From the NCBI GenBank assembly GCA_951406725.2, contig OX597825.1, positions 16,864,001 to 16,928,000 on the forward strand: a stretch of DNA of 64,000 bases, written 5' to 3'. Below, one piece after another: positions 26,911 to 43,699 of the stretch (position 1 is the stretch's first letter; every line of letters begins with the position of its first letter). Below the pieces are notes generated by a model. The model was not told the origin of the DNA, searched no databases, and saw only the letters and a list, made by a program, of their open reading frames with translations. This DNA is from Octopus vulgaris. Lineage: Eukaryota. Position numbers and translations under genes: made by a program.

Positions 26911-29202
26911 CCTCACGAATATTAAGATAATGAAAAGCGCAAACTGATATCAGATTGATTCGAATCAGAGCCTAAAAGCATGAAACTAACTGTTGTAGAA
27001 TTTTGACTTGCCTGTGGTAAGCTCTGATCGGAGAAATTTCAGATCCAAATTCATTCCAGACGAGAATTTCACGCCCTCTTTATTATTTCAACAGGAATAT
27101 TGTCCCAGGATTGCATTAGGCGCCGAGTCCTTCGATATTTTTCACCCCAAATATGGCTGTTTTTTTAAAGTGATTATAACTTAATACACTACTGAGTATT
27201 CCATATTTACAATTATCTTATATGGGTCTTCAAGGGACATATGGATCCAGGTTAGGAACCATTACTCCTGACGAAACCGCAGTCAATCGCAAAAGCTACC
27301 AACAGCAGCTGCTGCAGCAGCAACAGCGGCCGTCCAAGAAGTTGGACCTGGAGATCTCCATTTCCAGCGACTTCGAGGGCCACCTCCCATTGGTGTCAGG
27401 CGTCAACGAAGAGCCCTCGACTATAAAAAGACGACCAAAGTTTATTTTTCCAAGGTCTGGGGTCTCCCGCCCCTAAGCCCTAGACCATCACTTAAGCACC
27501 CTTACCCGTCTTGTTGCTCAACAACAACAACAACAACAACAACAGCAACAACAACAACAACAACAGCAGCAACAGCAACAACATCAACAAGTGGTGCTCA
27601 TGTTCACGTGTGTGCATTCGAAATGCAAAAAAATGGAGTGCCTTGCTAGTTGTAGGACTTATCTGAGCAGCATCGCAGAGGCAGTAACTCGAACCCACGC
27701 TCTCACCGCAAACAACTGGCCACGTGTCTTATCCCTATCGTAGTGCACTTATTCTACTGTCGTATTATTTCTGCTGCCAACACACCACAATAGCATAACA
27801 TGAATAATGACAGAAAACATAACTAAAGGCAACACGTCATTTACAGATCGTTAATAATATTATTGTCTTTCGATCACATCAATAATGGCTGCAACAAATA
27901 GAATTATTTAAAACAAAAACCAATATCTTTCATAAAATGGCATAAATATTGCCAACAACAAACTGTAATAAATGCTTGCAAGTGAAAGTAGTAGTAGCAG
28001 TTGTTGTTGTTGTTATTGTTTTTATTGCCGTGTCTCTTGTTTTTCTTATTATTGTTGCTGTTGTTGATCGCCTAGATCAAGCAGACTTACGATCAAAAGT
28101 ATTGCAGCCGTGACCTTACCGTAATTTGTTTTGTTTTTCGGGAATACTTTATCTGATCGAATAGATTATGCAAGATGTATTTATCTTTTGAATTGCAGGC
28201 AGTGATTTGAGGGATATTTGGGCATTTTTTCTTTTTTTTAAAGCAGAACTTATGTCTACATAGACATTTTGTCATTCACTCGCCGTCTATTTATATTCTT
28301 AGCAATTTCTAGTTGCTTTGGCTGCTTACAATTGTGTAGAACCAAAAACAAACAACAAAAGACGAAAATGAAAAAAGAAACAGGTTACTTTCTAGCATTA
28401 GCATGCATATGTCGTTGTATGTGTCTTAAGGTCATCGTCAATAACGACAAAATCAATAACGACAGTAATTGCTCGGCATTTTGTCCTGTACTCTGTATTC
28501 AAATTTTGTCAGTAGGCCGCATAATTTAAAATAACTGGTGTATTACGACTCGTCGGAAACGGTTAAAAGGAAGGGGCAGAAATTGGTCGTAAGTCAAGTA
28601 AAGAAAGTTGACGATGAGAGTCGAAATTGCACAGGATAAAACATGGAATTAAACAGAAAAAAAATCATAAAAGTGTACTGAAAAATACGCATATGTGTGT
28701 GCGAGTGCGTGTTTGACTCTTTCGTTTTTCGTACATGAATTGGTCTGTTGCAACGAGTCCCTCAAAAGCAGCAGTAGTTCTTAGGTTGCCGTATTTGTAT
28801 GGAGTTACGTTCTCTTATAAAGAGCAGCTAAAGAGCTGATGAGTCTCGTCCACCCCAGGTCCTTTTGGGTGGCTGCGAGCGACTTTGTGCCGGAGAAAAC
28901 TTGGTGACATGCTATTGAACCCATAATTACGATCCTGACATGTGCTAAGAGACGGTTTCCACACTTCTTAAACCTTAGAATCCTGAACCAGGGCCCTAGA
29001 ATCGGATGTAGTTTTGCAATCATAAGCAGTAAATTGTCTTAACCTCGGTATTTGAATTGTTTTATTTTATCAATCCTGAGGAGATCGAAATCAAAATTAA
29101 CCAAAGTGAGGTTGGGACACAAAACGGAATATGGCGTAACTGAGAACGGAAAATATCTTCATCTGTCCATCTTTATTTTCTACCAATATACCGCATAGGA
29201 AA

Positions 29203-29415
29203 GACGGTGAGCTGGCAGAATCGATAGCACGCCAAACAAACTGCTTAGCAGCATTTCGTCCGTCTTTAAATTCTGAGTTCAAATTCTGTCGAGGTCGACT
29301 TTGCCTGTCATCGTTTTGGAGTCGATAAAAGAAGTACCAATTGGACAGTGTGGTCAATAAAATCGATTTAACCCCTCCTCCAAAATTGGTGGCTTTGCAC
29401 CAAAATCTGAAACCA
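29203..29415 (+). mobile_element. SINE family B
   Basis: gacggtgagctggcagaatcgatagcac..gagttcaaattct..gtcgataaaagaagtacca. Confidence 0.85.
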
Positions 29416-31226
29416 ATATACCTCATATATTGCTGTTTAAGAACATCACGTAAATGCTTACAATTGCAACTGTAGCATTATTGTTTAGCTGTGTAACTTC
29501 TAGAAGAAAAAAATGTATAAGACACACAGCGAAATGAGGAATAAAAATTTTAAAATATAACCAAAATATATATATATATATATATATATAAATTGTTTCT
29601 TAAGGAGATAAGAACCCACTAAAAGTGCTGTCATGCAATAAGGATGAACACTCTGTTACTTCAGAATTGGATGAAATATTGTAAAGAAAATACAGCAAAA
29701 GTCTAGATGTATGGAAACAGTAATAAATGAGTCTCACAAATATTCAAAGTAAATAAATGAAATTGTAACAAAAGGTTTAAGCTGAAAAACCAAAACAGCA
29801 ACCTGAAGTAAAAGATTTGTCCCGTTGAGAAGACATACAACCGAGATGCATAGAGAATGATTTCCAAATTTGATTTTAAAAAAAACACGTTTTCCTCGGG
29901 CAGTAAAATAGATTTGACTCAATTACTTGTGTAGTATTTAACTTATCGAGGAAGGATAAAAACCGCCTATATAATTGTAGGCAGAATTTTAATTCAAACT
30001 TTCTGTTTGAGTTTAAACTGTGATAGTGTTGTACTTAGATAATGTGCGTGAAATATATCGCATAAGATTCCGTTACATCCCCAATTAGAGCAATCTGAAA
30101 ATGTTTAATCATTACTTTTGCTTCGACACAGGTCGTTATAAAATATGGTAGAATGGTCATTTGAATCTAGCTAAAGATCACGTATAACGGAAGTATTTAT
30201 AAATCGAAAACATCAGTCGAAGACAATCCTAAATCTGGATGGTCCTTCAGGAAAAAAAAAACGGAAGTGCGAGCCTGTATTCCATTCAGAGTTGCTGACG
30301 GCGATAATTCGCTAAGACAGGAAATGTAATGAATAATGAATATAGTATTATTCAAATATTATAAACGTCACTCGTGGAGATGTGTGAAAATATATAAGGG
30401 ACAACAATCTGAAATTAGCTGTCTGGTGATATAAAATATAATCGATTTATTTACTGAGAAGAAACTGGTTGGTATCCTTATGGATATAATTCAATCGATA
30501 TAGGCTGACCGTTCTGTTGTACGTAAAATAAAACGTCACAGACTATCCATGAAGCGGAAGAACCGTTCTATACAACGGAGTTATATTACTATTATAATTA
30601 CATATTTTATTTTATAACATGGTTTAATTTTCATCTACGCATGCACTTATAACATAGTTCGTAGTTTTTTTAAGTCTTAGTATACTCTTGACCATTCTGT
30701 GATTAATGGTAAAATTATGCATCACTTCATTGTGTCTATCATGTATACATATTTTTATGTACGTATGTATGTATATGTTTCTTATATGTATTTATATACA
30801 GAGAGAGAGAGAAAGAGAGAGAGAGAAAGAAAGCGGGAAAAGAGAGAGAGAGAGAGAGACAGAGAGAGAGACTGTGTGTGTAATATAGAGATAGATAATA
30901 TACATATATTATTAAAATGTCCCTGAACACTACAATGTGAATTACATTCGCTGTTATATTTTAACTCGGAGAACAAATTTCTTCCTTTAGAGTTCAGCTG
31001 AAAGATATACCAATCTTCAGGTGGCATCAGCAAACTACCAGATATGGTGTTTCGACATGGTTTCGCCTCCTCAGTGATATATATACAGCAACGGTCATTT
31101 GGGGACAGTCCGCTTACGTCGCTTGGATATTCGTGCAACAAAGTCAAAACAAGAAATTTATTCTTCGAGACGAAATGCAGCTTGCATTTGCGGACACCAG
31201 CTCTCTCGACTGTAGATAAAAACGGT

Positions 31227-31649
31227 TTTACTCTTTTACTCTTTTACTTGTTTCAGTCATTTGACTGCGGCCATGCTGGAGCACCGCCTTTAGTCGAGCA
31301 AATCGATCCCGGAACTTATTCTTTTGTAAGCCCAGTACTTATTCTATCGGTCTCCTTTTGCTGAACCGCTAGCTAACGGGGACATAAACACACCAGCATC
31401 GGTTGTCAAGTGATGTTGTCAGAGGACAAACACAGACACACACACATATACACACACATACATATATATACATATATACATATATACGACGAGCTTCTTT
31501 AAGTTTCCGTCTACCAAATCTACTCACAAGGCTTTGGTTGGCCCGAGACTATAGTAGAAGACACTTGCCCAAGGTGCCACGCAGTGGGACTGAACCCGGA
31601 ACCATGTGGTTGGTAAACAAGCTACTTACCACACAGCCACTCCTGCGCC
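31227..31649 (-). mobile_element. SINE family A, near full-length
   Basis: Tail (ttttactc)n through to the head cactcctgcgcc. Confidence 0.95.
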
Positions 31650-32377
31650 TATACTTTTTCTTTAACAGCATTTCCCAACTTGTGCATAGCAGACTCTTAT
31701 TGCAGGAAAAGGTTCAGTTCCTTTCGGCTTGCACAACTGTATGCTTTTGGCCTCCCTTATTCGAGCCTCGCCTTCCCATTGTTGCTATATCATTTCCACC
31801 ATACAAAAATGTATTATTATATTTATACTTCTTGCTTTCAATTTGTTCACTGCTTTCATTTTAGCTCCTTCTTCTTTTTCCTTTGCTCTACTCCCTATTC
31901 AAGACGAAGCATTTTCTTTTCTCTTCTGTTCTCGAATATCAGCTCCACTAGTTTTCCTAATGCAATGCCAGCCAGGTAGAAAATTGAGGATCTAGCTACA
32001 AATACATATATACAAAATAATTCTGCTTTGATGAAAGGGAACAAATTATCAGTTACCGAATTCCTTAGCGTATGCTTGTGCTGGTATGAGTAGTGACAAT
32101 ATCTTGATGTAAGGAATGCTATCGGTTTAATTTTTTTCGCCTCCTAACCATTCGACCATTAAATAATATTAGATGCATGAATTAGGATTTAATATAAGTA
32201 TAAAGCAACCAATTTCTGGGAATTCAATTAAATCCACTTCACTGATTATTTTTTAAGTTCCAATCCATCTTTGTGGGAATTCAGCTACGTACGTGAACTT
32301 ACCTTCTCATATATCATTGTACTGCAGACCTGCTGAGCACCATCTTAAAGGGTTTCAACCGAACGAATCGACCCCTT

Positions 32378-32785
32378 ACTCTTTTACTCGTTTACTCTTT
32401 TACTTGTTTCAGTCATTTGACTGCGGTCATGCTGGAGCACCGCCTTTAATCGATCAAATCGACCCCGGGACTTATTCTTAGTAAGCCCAGTACTTATTCT
32501 ATTTTGCCGAACCGCTAAGTGACGGGGACGTAAACACACCAGCATCGGTTGCCAAGCAATGCTAGGGGGACAAACACAGACACACAAACATATACACACA
32601 CTTATATATATACACATATATACGACGGGATTCTTTCAGTTTCCATCTACCAAATCCACTCACAAGGCATTGGTCGGCCCGGGGCTATATCAGAAGACCC
32701 TTGCCCAAGTTGCCACGCAGTGGGACTGAACCCGGAACCATGTGGCTGGTTTGCAAGCTACTTACCACACAGCCACTCTTGCGCC
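32378..32785 (-). mobile_element. SINE family A, near full-length
   Basis: As above. Confidence 0.95.
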
Positions 32786-33563
32786 TTATTTATTTATTTT
32801 TTCAAGTCTGGAATTTATACTCTCGTAGAACGAACCGGTACGTTAACGGCACTTAAACGAAACAACACCGGCTGTCAATCGGCGTTTGGGGATAAATACA
32901 GACAGAAAAATACATATAGAGTCATAGTGACACACACCTGCGAGCGCACACACACAGAATCATGCACTCAGCAAAGAATGAAAGAGAAAGTTAGCGTCGG
33001 CAGATTTTGAACGGAGCTTCTGCCAGCTCGCCGCTTTGCCGCATTGAAATAATCCTTTCTGCTATAGGGACAAGGCCTGAAACTTCGCCCCCTCCCAGTG
33101 CTATAGGTATATGTATGTATCTATATACATACATGCAACACACACACATACACACACACACATATATATATAAGCATGTATGTATAGATATATGAATCTT
33201 ATGATTCTAATCCAGAAACGTGCGTCCATAATTGACCGTGGACTGCTTGATTTCGTTATTTTCTTTTTTTTTTTTTTGCCATATAATGAGTTACAAATAC
33301 TGTTGTCTGTGGAGACATATTTTTGTAGTAAAAGGAAATAGCAGTCCTCTGGCTGCTATTTCTAAAACTTTGGGTATGTGGTCTAGCAACTTGTTGCAAA
33401 GACCCTCATTGTTAAAATTATATATATATATACATACATCCATATATATATAAATATACATACATATATATATATATATATGGAAAAAATCCATGTATAT
33501 AAACTCGTGTGTTCCTTTTCATCCTTATTCAGATATATATATACAAACACACACCTACACATA

Positions 33564-33608
<45 letters not shown>

Positions 33609-36232
33609 CTTTAGGCTATAAAATGCATTCGAGTTTTGAAGTCCCTTCAATTGTTATCTTGGATTCTGTGTTGTGTAGTACACCAAGAAATCGATCCAGG
33701 TGAAAATTTACCTCACATTCTCTTGCTGGTGTTTGTATCTTTGAGATAAGAATATCTTCAGCTTAAGAAAATAAGAATATTGACACTGGCGCTATGTGAA
33801 CGACTTGTAAGGTGGATGTCACTAAAGTGCAATAACCACAATCAAAATATAAAATTAGGTTTTGCATTCGATTCCGTAGAATCTTGACGGCTACATAATA
33901 ACACTCAGCGTCAGCAATTGGTAATTTAAAGAAATATATTTTATCGTGTCTATATATTGCCTACATCAATTTAATCAAAATCATTTTTTCTTCATATCAC
34001 TCGTATTCATAATATATATAAATAGACATTTTGAGCAAAACTTAAATTTTCTGAGAAAAATCTATCAGAGTTTTATTAAACGGAATGTTCTATTTACGGG
34101 ATCCATTTCAGATATTAAAAGCTATCTATAAATACGTTTTCAATTCTCATTAATATTGCAACTATCCTTTGAATTATGGTGTTGCCATTGCTTCCTCACA
34201 TGTCGGATCCAACAACATAGACGTTTGATAGAAATCTTTCCTACCATGATAATCTCGTCATTTTTGCTTCTGTTGAGAATCCAGCATCATATTAAGCAAT
34301 CTCTTCTCTATTTTCAAGAAAGTATAGTGCAATTTTATGAATAATTTCTTTTGCTATTTCTAGCAGCTCTTTAGATAGCATAAATATTGCCCCACAGGCT
34401 TGTATGACTAGTAGGGAGCCATCCATTTCTGTGATTCACCTTAAATCGGCCATTTAAAACGTTATTAATTTTTACGTAATTATCACTCATGTCAAATTAT
34501 TAAATGCAATTAATTCTAGATAGGAGACGAGAACTTCAGAATACAACCTATTTGAATTCAGAGGTAAAGTCAGTTTTCGATAGCCTGAGATTTCTGTTTT
34601 CTTTAAAAATACAAAGAAAATTCATTCAAGTTTCTTAAATAATAATTTCCTCTACAAACTAAGTAAATTGAAAGGAAAATATGAAGGGAATATCATATGG
34701 CTTTGCAGTTTACGCAGATGAATTGACACGAATGAATTGACCGGAAGGCAATATTGTACAGCACTCATATCAATTAGAGATGATAAATTGCTTAACTGAA
34801 TTAAATCAGTTGATAGCATTTTCCCTATCAATTTATCTCGTTATTATTCTTTCTACATTTCTCTATCTCTTGAATGCATAAATAAAACATTTCTTTCAAT
34901 CTGAGAACCGAAAACGAACCATGTTTAAAATTTTGTATGAAAATACAGAACCGCTTATCCACCTGTCTGCGAAAGTCAGTGAGGTTTACCAGTTTAATTA
35001 AATTTAGAACTGCGTATCTGCTATTCTCTCTAATAACCAGTCACGGTCGGAGTGTATAAATGATCAGACAATGTCGTAATAATTGCATTATAGAAACTTA
35101 GCTATGTAAAGGTATATCCCAAAATATTTCAACTGAACTCTATGTTGAAATGTCGAAAACAACTTTTAGTACATAACACACACGTACAGACACACACATA
35201 TGTATGTATGTATATTGTTATATCAATATTTTTGTATATATTGGCAGAGTGACATAAGCTAACAAGTGTAAACATATATATATGTAAAAGCGGCTGCCAA
35301 CTTCACCATAAATGTTATTATATATGCAACGTGTTTAAAATGAGAAAGTGTACCAATAACTTAAACAAACATCCACTTACTTTTATCACCATGTTTACCT
35401 ATGCAGGGTTCTGATAATTGCTATGGAATGTATTGAAGTTGACATTTACGGTTTAAAGAATGGTTACTAGATTTAAAGCAGTTGCAAATAATGATATGAA
35501 TATTGTACATAGGCAACTCCCATTTGAACTGGTTGGGATTTGCCAAATATTGTGCAGTATTAGATGTAGTAGATAATACGGCATTGTAGTCATATTTACA
35601 TTTTACAAATCCTAAATGATGACATAGAAATAGCAAGATTTCTGTGAAATTTTAGAACAACTTCCAGCAGTTACATTTTAAAATGGAGCACGTCGTGTGT
35701 GTATAAAATCTTATGAATTCATGAAATCGTGTTACTGAAATATTTTTGCAAAATAGCTATTCCGAATCCACCCTTGCCTATATCGAACAATAAAAAAAAA
35801 ACCTTAAATATTTTACATCAATACAATACCGAAACATTCATCCGTTGCCCACAACCTCATTATTTGCATAATCAGTATATTTTGATAACAGCCATATTTC
35901 CGTTATTCTATTGATCTTCTGAACTGCTTTTTTTCCCTGCACTTTACTTTTTCTTGTATTTTATCGTTAGATATTTGTAGCTCTCTCACACTGTGTCACC
36001 CTCTCTCTTTCTCCCATTGTCACTTTCATATAAATGTATATGTGTGTGTATAGTGGGGGGATGCATGTCATTCTTTATACTTCATATTTGTTACTGAGAG
36101 GTGAGCATCTCTATGTTTTTAATATTGTCTTACCACCTGCGAATTTCTTTACCTATTGTAAGAGTAACCGTCGGTGGTCTATTAGGCGTACTTTTTTAAA
36201 TACTCTATATTCTGATACTGCTTACATATAAT

Positions 36233-36471
36233 CATGGCTCGGCTTCGCGAACGAAGATCAGGAAGGCTGTCCACGTCGTGTGCATGCACGCTCATGTCCG
36301 ACAAGTCCGATACGGGAAAGGCAGATCCGTGAGCAGTGCCCACAGATGAAGGTAACATCCGGTGTGGTGTCAGAGACGGCTCGCGCCTTCCTCCTGCGTT
36401 TCTTGTCTTTAAGTGCGTCTCTTCTTTGTTCCTCAAACTTGCTGACTGCATTGAAGATCGTGTGGCGCCAG
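36233..36471 (-). mobile_element. 5'-truncated RTE LINE 3' end with 9-bp TSD
   Basis: Open frame WRHTIFNAVSKFEEQRRDALKDKKRRRKARAVSDTTPDVTFICGHCSRICLSRIGLVGHERACTRRGQPS* (RTE C-terminal zinc finger); TSD acatataat at 36224-36232 and 36472-36480. Confidence 0.92.
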
Positions 36472-36896
36472 ACATATAATAGAAGCTAATTACGTACATC
36501 AGTAATTCCACATCTCATTGACGACCACCTCTACATCTTATACACTCTCTCTATTCTATTTAATTCTCATTCTTTCTAATTTACACACATAAATTTTCAA
36601 ATCTACTGTTGTTCAAAAACGTATTTCACAACTCACAAAATTTTCGTTCCTAAACTCGAGAGCCGCTAGATTAACACATTCGTCCTTCCATTCAAATCCA
36701 TTATATAACCTATATGCCAACCTAAGAATCATATTCTTATTTTTTATGATTATATCTTCAGAGTATACACTAAATAAAAATATTTAACTCTATGATTTTT
36801 ATATGCTTGCATTATTGTTCTCATAAGTACACATCCGTTAATATTTCCTTATTACTTTTATAATGCTTATTTCATATTTTAATAATATAACATTGT

Positions 36897-37080
36897 GAAG
36901 GCACATGGCTCAGTGGTTAGCGCGTCGGGCTCACAACCATGACTTCGATACCCAGACCGAACTGTATGCGGTGTTCCTAAGCAAGACACTTTATTTTACG
37001 TTACTCCAATTACTTCAACTTTTGAAATGAGTTGCGACATCACTGGTGTCAAACTGTATCTGCCTTTACCGTGGATAACA
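36897..37080 (+). mobile_element. SINE family C (tRNA-derived)
   Basis: A-box tggctcagtgg and gcaagacactttat core; related piece at 41638-41722 (+). Confidence 0.75.
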
Positions 37081-37904
37081 TCTAATGTATGTGTTTACAA
37101 GTGCAATAAAAATACAACCAATTTATCAACTATAATAAATCAAGTTTCTTATTTATTTTTATATCCTAATCGATTCAATGTCGTTATGATTGTTAATCTA
37201 ATTTCCCGCATTATCTATTACTTCGACATCGTATATCTTTCTCTTAAAACGTCGCTCTATTTATTATACAATGATAATGTTATTTCTTTATATTCTCTGG
37301 TTAGGTAGTAACATTAGATATACAAAATGGTTTTTCATAATCGCATTCTCTCTCATCAGAATTAAATTAATTATTTACTAAAATTTCCGCTTGTGTATTT
37401 ACCGACCACTTGTAAAAGCAGTTAAGACAAAACTGATGGAAATTAATCGAGATCTATGTGTACTTCTCTGGTATCAGATTAGAGCAAAGCTAGACATACG
37501 TCTGTTCGTGATTTGCATGCCACTTCTATTTAGATTATTTTATATATAATCATGTTAAATATACTATCATCTTTAATTTTCCTCGAAACTTACGACTAAC
37601 ACGTCATCATTTACATATATCTGTCATTGATCGAATTTACAAACACATTAACAACTCATCATTCGATAAACTAAGAAAAAAAAAACAATTCGTTCTTGTC
37701 TCTCACTACGACATTACGAGGGTTTTGGTGACACGACGCCCTTGGTTTTTTATCTTCTGCTTGTTTCAGTCATTAGACTGGGTAGTCATCTTGAAGAGTT
37801 TTTTGTTGAATGAATGAATCACAGTGGTGCTTAACCTAAAGATCACTTTTGCAGAACCACTAAGTTAAAGGAACAAATCAGTTCTATAAATGTTTCCCGA
37901 GTGC

Positions 37905-38320
37905 AGCAGGAGTGGTTGTTGTAAGTCGATTGCTTACGAATCACATGGTTCCGAGTTCAGTTCCACTGCGTGGCACCTTCGGCAAGTGTCTTCTACTATA
38001 GCCTCGGGACAACCAAAGCCTTGTGAGTGAATTTGGTAGATGGAAACTGAAAGAACCCCGTCGTATATATGTATATATGTATATATATATGTATGTGTGT
38101 ATATGTTTGTGTGTCTGTGTTTGTCCTCTGACAACATTACTTGACAACCGATGCTGGTGTGTTCACGTCCCGTAACTTAGCGGTTCGGCAAAACAGACCG
38201 ATAGAATAAGAACTAGGCTTACAAAGAATAAGTCATGGGGTCCAATTTGCTCGACTAAAGGCAGTGCTCCAGCATGGCCACAGTGACAAGACTGAAACAA
38301 GTAAAAGAGAGTAAAGAGTA
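37905..38320 (+). mobile_element. SINE family A
   Basis: Head to the gactgaaacaagtaaaagag tail. Confidence 0.92.
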
Positions 38321-38677
38321 GGAGTATAGTAAACAAAAATGTTACTCCCTAATGTCAAGTAAGTCTAAATGTCTGAAAAATATGCTCACTGCAGTTAGCT
38401 GAGGATAGGTACTCTCAAAATAACAACGTGATATTACCACCCTTTATTCTTTGCTCTTGTGCTATATTACTCGAGAGAAAGGTATTCTCTCTTCATTTCA
38501 ACGATAATGGAGACTTGTTTTCTTCAGTTCACCGTTTATACACTCAGGCTACGGTAAATGCACTTTATCAGGGACATGAATACATACGTACACAAAAAAA
38601 AACATAGATGGGTAAATACCTAAATATATACATAAATACATACATATGCATGGGTGTGTACAAATATATATATATGA

Positions 38678-41062
<2,385 letters not shown>

Positions 41063-41319
41063 GTACTTCCTTGAATATCTAATTTTCTGTTTGTTTCTTT
41101 GTTTTGGTCCTGTGTGCTGCTCACGTAGCTTTAGTAGAAATTTATTAAACGAGCTGCTCTAACTGATTAATTTAAATCTAATAAAATGGTTAATATTTGA
41201 CAATCATATATTGAAAATTACACATATATAGTCAAACACTCGAGGGAGTCTCGAAACTGTTGCAAGAGCAACTGGAAATAGCAGCCAAATCAATGTCAAT
41301 TTATAGACATCACTTCAGG

Positions 41320-41520
41320 TGGCACGCTTGCGGAATCCTTAGCCCCTAGGACAAATTACGTTGTATTATTTATATCATCTTAGCACTTTCTGAGTTCAAA
41401 TTCCTCCGAATTTAACTTTCATCCTTTCAGGGTCGATGAATTACATCATCTCCTAAATATTGGATTCGATGTAATTGATTTTTCTCCCTCCTTTACAAAT
41501 TGCTGGCCTTAAACCACATT
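41320..41520 (+). mobile_element. Old SINE family B
   Basis: ttctgagttcaaattcc..tttcatcctttcagggtcgat. Confidence 0.7.
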
Positions 41521-41732
41521 CAGAGAGAATTTCTACTCTACAGTTTAATTGTCTTCCATACAGTAACTATAGAAATGTAAACAAAAAAATACGTAATAGA
41601 GAAAATGCAAATACCTCGACTTTATTCAAGACGTAGTGAAGGCGCATGGTTCATTGGTTAGAGCGTCGGAGTTCGAATCCGGGACTGAGATGCGTTTTGT
41701 GTTTTTGAGCAAGACACTTTATACATATACAT

Positions 41733-41788
<56 letters not shown>

Positions 41789-43699
41789 CTCATAATGAGG
41801 ATGGATTTATGGCTTTGACATTTGTACTACCCATTCCTCTATCTATAAATATAAAAAAATTCTTGTTTGTCTCCACTGAACCAAAATAACGAACCCCCCC
41901 TCCCCATTGATAAATCTAAATAACAAAGTGAACTCAGTGATAGAAAATCTACAGATGGGGAAGGACCTTCTACTACCATGTTCTTAATGATAAAATTAAC
42001 CTCTCTGTCTATATATATACCCTCTTTGTAATGTTGGCAAATGAAATAAGCATAAAAATGTACATTGTCCTTTTAATTTAAAAACAAATTCTATCTGTAG
42101 TTGCAGATTGCTTTACATTTTAAAACTGATGTAATACTTACATTGTTTAATAAAATGAAGTAGCATGAAACGATTGTACTACACTACATTGGATATCCTT
42201 GTTGCTTATTTTGATTATAATCACCCCATTTGATTTATATGGATAATAGCATACCAAATTCAGGTGCCTTTAACCTAAGTACCATATTCATCTGAATCTA
42301 AATTTTGCTGAATATATATATATATATATATACATGTATTCTGTCAAAGAGCGTATGCTCGAAACATCAAAGACTGTTCTGTATATATATATGTAGATAT
42401 TGTTTATATCTATCTCTTATATAGAGATAACTATAATATACAGATATAGAAAATGCTGTATTTAATTTATCTGTAGTATATCTATTTTATTTCAGTCCAG
42501 AAAAAATTTGGTTAAAAAACCATTAATTTACGAGTGTCGTAATGGGTGTCTGAATACTATATTGTGTCATGTATATTTACACTCTGAATAAGATATGTCA
42601 ACAACAATAACAAGAACAACAGCTATACCTACACATTCATACAATCACACAGACACATTTACCGGGAAACATAGAGAAAAACATACATACACATATCGAT
42701 ATATTCATTTTTTGATGATTCTAGACATTAGATTGTGGCCAGAATGAGAGAATAATTTGCAGGTTTGTTTAAAATATTTTATTAACGCAAGTCTTTCGCA
42801 TTGTTTAAAATTTATCGATATTCTGTTTATCGATCGACTAGATTAAACTAACAGACGTTATACGGTGGACGAAATACAAGTTGCTTTTGTTTACTTCACA
42901 AGTTAATCGACAGCAAACCTACTTGTCGAAATACACATAATCAAATTATACACACTGATAGGCAAATATATAAACGCATGCAAGTATATATATGGTAGTG
43001 TCTCGTAGTCCGAAAAAGAGGGGTCTGCTAATTCTCGGCGAACAAACTGCACAAATGATTTGTTAATAGCGATCAAATCTTTGTGCTATCCAATCATTTG
43101 ATCCCTACATCAATCAAACAGACGTTGCCTGAACAGGTGCAGAGTGTCCCACGTGAGATAGTGTTTTGCTGAAGACCTCAACGTATCACCTGGTACAGGA
43201 ATTGAAACCATGAGCTTGCGCCATCACAAATACATATATACATACACACACACAAACATAGACACACACACGCATATACACACACACATTGTAGGTGCTA
43301 GTGATACAAGCAGTATTTATACTACTACTCCATAACTTAGATGCGCTGTCGCGAACGCTGTAGACTGCGGTAATCGTCCTGAGAATCCATTTTCTGTACA
43401 CGTTAAATGCGAAAAAGACAAACACTTTAGACACAAAAGCTACTTCCCTTGCTAATAGCTAATTTATATACATCCTTGTAACTATTTCTGACATCATTGA
43501 CTTTTTAGTCTGTGCTAAACTATTTCGGTTTGATGGAAATTCAATCTAGCATTCGATGGTAGGGAGTCCTTAGCTCAAGGGGAACAAATTGCGCTGAAAT
43601 CACACGATACATCAACCCCATCGGCTGGTGCTGACTAAAGCTCATCACCCGTTATAATCTGTGCCTTTTTGTAGCACTTAACTCTATACGATATGATTT

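Noticed and set aside
31041-31080. Minus strand ctgagga-ggc..gtc-gaaac hammerhead-like core
   Set aside because: No compatible NUH triplet or helix I pairing; at best a decayed relic
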